Part shown: positions 62,213-64,000 of the stretch, in pieces
Layout of the letters: each line of letters begins with the position of its first letter
How positions within the stretch are numbered: the stretch's first letter is position 1
Assembly: GCA_002011125.2 (NCBI GenBank)
Contig: MTMF02000009.1
Span: 440,045 to 504,044 of the forward strand
Direction: 5' to 3'
Length of the DNA stretch: 64,000 bases
Source: Candidatus Hydrothermarchaeum profundi
Lineage (GTDB): Archaea; Hydrothermarchaeota; Hydrothermarchaeia; Hydrothermarchaeales; Hydrothermarchaeaceae
Position numbers and translations under genes: made by a program
Notes under the pieces: model-generated
The model's input: only the letters and a program-made list of their open reading frames with translations
The model's database searches: none
What the model was told of the DNA's origin: nothing

Positions 62213-62383
62213 ATCTTCTACTCTGGCGTAATTTTTACCTATTTTTTGAAAATAGTTAGGGGTTTTCTTGCTCGATGTATCGTATTTTTTCTATTTCACT
62301 TCTATTTAACCAAATCTCCTCTTTAGAGTAGAACAAGCTGAAGCAAACCGGCTGATAGTTTTTTATTCTAGTTTGTTTTTTGG

Positions 62384-62860
62384 CTACTTAGTAAAATAGG
62401 ATGTCAATATCTCTATAAATTTCTCTGGATCCCTAGTAGTTAATACAAGAGCCCTGAACACTCCGTTCTTTTTCTCAATTTCTACGGCAGGCTTATGCAT
62501 ACTCACATAAGCTAACCTTCTTCTCCAAATTCTAAGACCCCAACCTACATACCAAGGGATCTTTTCAATTACCCGGACTTTTTTGATTTCATTAAATGAG
62601 ATCCTATAAGTAAAAGGGGGCATTATGGCTTCTACACCCTTAGATGTTATTCTAAACCGCATATTAAAAAAGGACCAATACGCTACTACAAGAATAGTGC
62701 TTACGGCCGCAAGGAGAGTAGGAGGGGCATCTGACATTTTATAAATACCTACAAGAGAGAATAATGTCGCGACGATCAAAAACAGAACAGAGCATAGAAA
62801 GATCGCTCTTATTCTAAAGGAATATGGTGCACTCTCTTCGTACATAATCGCGGACATCAT
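62384..62860 (-). CDS. Hypothetical membrane protein (2 TM plus a PH-like/bPH-type soluble domain?)
   Basis: Two hydrophobic helices, then 'RFRITSKGVEA...ISFNEIKKVRVIE'. The domain call is tentative. Confidence 0.4.
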   Translation of the reverse strand: MMSAIMYEESAPYSFRIRAIFLCSVLFLIVATLFSLVGIYKMSDAPPTLLAAVSTILVVAYWSFFNMRFRITSKGVEAIMPPFTYRISFNEIKKVRVIEKIPWYVGWGLRIWRRRLAYVSMHKPAVEIEKKNGVFRALVLTTRDPEKFIEILTSYFTK

Positions 62861-63013
62861 TTTTTTAGATATTTATAACTTGGCATTATAACTGGCCACA
62901 ATATCCCCTCCGATTTCTATGAATCTTTTTGTTAATGTATTTTAAGCCGTTAACATTATATCAATTTACCAGCCATTACTAATACTAGGACTGAAATAAA
63001 GCGTTACGAAAAG

Positions 63014-63021
63014 TTTATATA
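63014..63021 (+). promoter_or_regulatory. Canonical archaeal TATA box TTTATATA (with an A-rich BRE-like CGAAAAG) upstream of 5S rRNA
   Basis: Read directly, about 33 nt upstream of the inferred 5S 5' end. Confidence 0.5.
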
Positions 63022-63053
63022 TAGATATAATAATGTCATGGTTACCATACATT

Positions 63054-63178
63054 GGGTATGGCGGCCATAGCGGAGGGGCCACACCCGTTCCCATCCGAAC
63101 ACGGAAGTAAAGTCCTCCAGCGATCCTGGCGGTACTATGGTGCGCGAGCCCATGGGAAACCAGGGACGCCGCCAGCCC
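63054..63178 (+). rRNA. rrf: 5S ribosomal RNA
   Basis: 'GGCGGCCATAGCGGAGGGGCCACACCCGTTCCCATCCGAACACGGAAGTAAAG...GGTACTATGG...GGGAAACC' matches conserved 5S helices and loops. The termini pair (GGGTATGGCGGC / GCCGCCAGCCC). Confidence 0.9.
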
Positions 63179-63232
63179 ACTTAAAATCACCCAAGAGAGT
63201 GATCAAAATAGTTTGTGATAGGTATCTAGATA

Positions 63233-63307
63233 GCCCTGGTAGTGTAGCGTGGCCTATCATACGGGACTGTCACTCCCGTGACTCGGGTTCAAATCCCGAC
63301 CAGGGCG
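63233..63307 (+). tRNA. tRNA-Asp (anticodon GTC)
   Basis: Acceptor GCCCTGG/CCAGGGC, anticodon arm CGGGA-CTGTCAC-TCCCG, T-arm TCGGG-TTCAAAT-CCCGA. Confidence 0.9.
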
Positions 63308-63355
63308 CCTCCCAAAAGGAGTATGAAGGGGACGCGAAAATGAGGCAGAGCAAAT

Positions 63356-63469
63356 GGGCCCGTAGCTCAGTCTGGCTAGAGCACCGGCCTTTTAACAGTC
63401 CTTTTCACTGCGTTACTGGAAGGGTTGAAAGAAAGCCGGGTGTCGCGGGTTCAAATCCCGTCGGGCCCG
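63356..63469 (+). tRNA. tRNA-Lys (anticodon TTT) with an intron of about 39 nt at the canonical 37/38 position (about 63395-63433)
   Basis: Acceptor GGGCCCG/CGGGCCC, D-arm GCTC-AGTCTGGCTA-GAGC, anticodon stem CCGGC...GCCGG split by the insert, T-arm GCGGG-TTCAAAT-CCCGT. Confidence 0.85.
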
Positions 63470-63525
63470 CTAGCTAAATAAAGGGGGATGAGAAAATAGT
63501 AAAGGTAGATATATCGAAACATGAG

Positions 63526-63735
63526 TTGGTTCCAAAACATGAAATACTTCCAAAGGAGGAGGTTGAGAGGGTATTAGAAAAATATAATATTACAAAAGGT
63601 CAGATTCCTAAAATATTGGAATCTGATCCGATGGTGAAAAAAATCAAGGCGAAGCCAGGGGACGTTATAAAGATAACTAGAAAAAGCAAGACCGCTGGGG
63701 AGAGCATTTATTACAGGGTAGTGGTTTCTGATTGA
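63526..63735 (+). CDS. rpoH: DNA-directed RNA polymerase subunit H (Rpo5)
   Basis: '[24 protein letters not shown]', '[17 protein letters not shown]'. The TTG at 63526 is the Leu of the conserved HELVP, so the real start is probably upstream (see finding). Confidence 0.85.
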   Translation: MVPKHEILPKEEVERVLEKYNITKGQIPKILESDPMVKKIKAKPGDVIKITRKSKTAGESIYYRVVVSD

Positions 63736-63744
63736 GGTGATAGA

Positions 63745-64000
63745 GTGATCGATACTAAACCGGTTATGCGTGCGTTTCTTAAGAAACGTGAGCTCGTTAG
63801 GCAACATATAGATTCTTTCAATGATTTCGTTGAAAACAGGCTACAGCAGATCGTTGATGAAACTAAAGAAATTGAGACCGATGTAGGAGTAACTGTTCGC
63901 TTTGGTAAAATCGAAGTGGAAAAAGCTGAGGTTATAGAAGCTGATGGAGCGAGGAATAGAATAAAACCGTTTGAAGCTCGGCTGAGAAATTTGAGCTATT
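63745..64000 (+). CDS. rpoB: DNA-directed RNA polymerase subunit B (or B''), N-terminal fragment running off the window
   Basis: Hand translation from GTG 63745 (SD GAGGTGA upstream) gives MIDTKPVMRAFLKKRELVRQHIDSFNDFVENRLQQIV...FEARLRNLSY, a typical RpoB/Rpb2 N-terminus. It has no stop in the window, so it is absent from the ORF track. Confidence 0.85.
   Translation, partial: MIDTKPVMRAFLKKRELVRQHIDSFNDFVENRLQQIVDETKEIETDVGVTVRFGKIEVEKAEVIEADGARNRIKPFEARLRNLSY

Noticed and set aside
62966-63477. ORFs of 74 aa (minus strand) and 141 aa (plus strand) covering 63.0-63.5 kb.
   Set aside because: They overlap the 5S rRNA, tRNA-Asp and tRNA-Lys genes. They stay open only because this region is GC-rich and so has few stop codons.

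Overview
This is an AT-rich archaeal chromosomal segment, about mid-30s %GC judged from hand-counted 60-nt lines. The archaeal assignment rests on PolD (DP1/DP2), Orc1/Cdc6, RadB, RFC large subunit, TFB, Gar1, SRP19, Sec61-beta, RpoH/RpoB and an intron-containing tRNA. PolD together with DNA gyrase suggests a euryarchaeon. GC-rich stable RNAs in an AT-rich genome hint at a thermophile, but that is inference only.

Most of the window is densely packed housekeeping DNA:
- hisH fragment, the pdxS-cysS-pdxT block, and a homocitrate/isopropylmalate synthase plus aconitase-type dehydratase cluster.
- A block of pyridine-nucleotide and redox genes: nadE, mdh, pntAA-AB-B, icd, a LeuB-like dehydrogenase and nfnAB-like genes.
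- A nitrogen-assimilation block: Lrp, an RHH regulator, glnA and a three-gene archaeal-type GOGAT.
- An RCK-gated K+ channel with a separate RCK gene.
- A replication island running gyrA-gyrB, rfcL, truA, radB, DP2, DP1, cdc6. A probable oriC with two perfect 19-bp ORB-like repeats adjoins its cdc6 end.
- glyS, dys, pyrF, gar1-tfb, hemD-srp19, then 5S rRNA, tRNA-Asp and tRNA-Lys (with intron) directly upstream of rpoH-rpoB.

I found no clearly novel multi-gene system. The most unusual observations are:
1. The tfb cyclin-fold region (about 54.54-55.19 kb) is 55-70 %GC and Arg/Ala-rich inside a mid-30s %GC genome, so the gene looks mosaic.
2. A small accessory islet is anchored at tRNA-Tyr (58.6-62.2 kb). 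It is delimited by three direct copies of the tRNA 3' end and carries MNT/HEPN and PIN/UPF0175 toxin-antitoxin pairs plus an amber-interrupted lipoprotein gene, with no integrase.
3. The conserved rpoH N-terminus extends upstream of any canonical start codon and sits about 26 nt after a tRNA.
4. Two genes fall below the ORF-track cutoff: Sec61-beta and a 31-aa hydrophobic peptide.

All coordinates for RNAs, repeats and revised starts were derived by hand and may be off by a few nt. No database search was possible.
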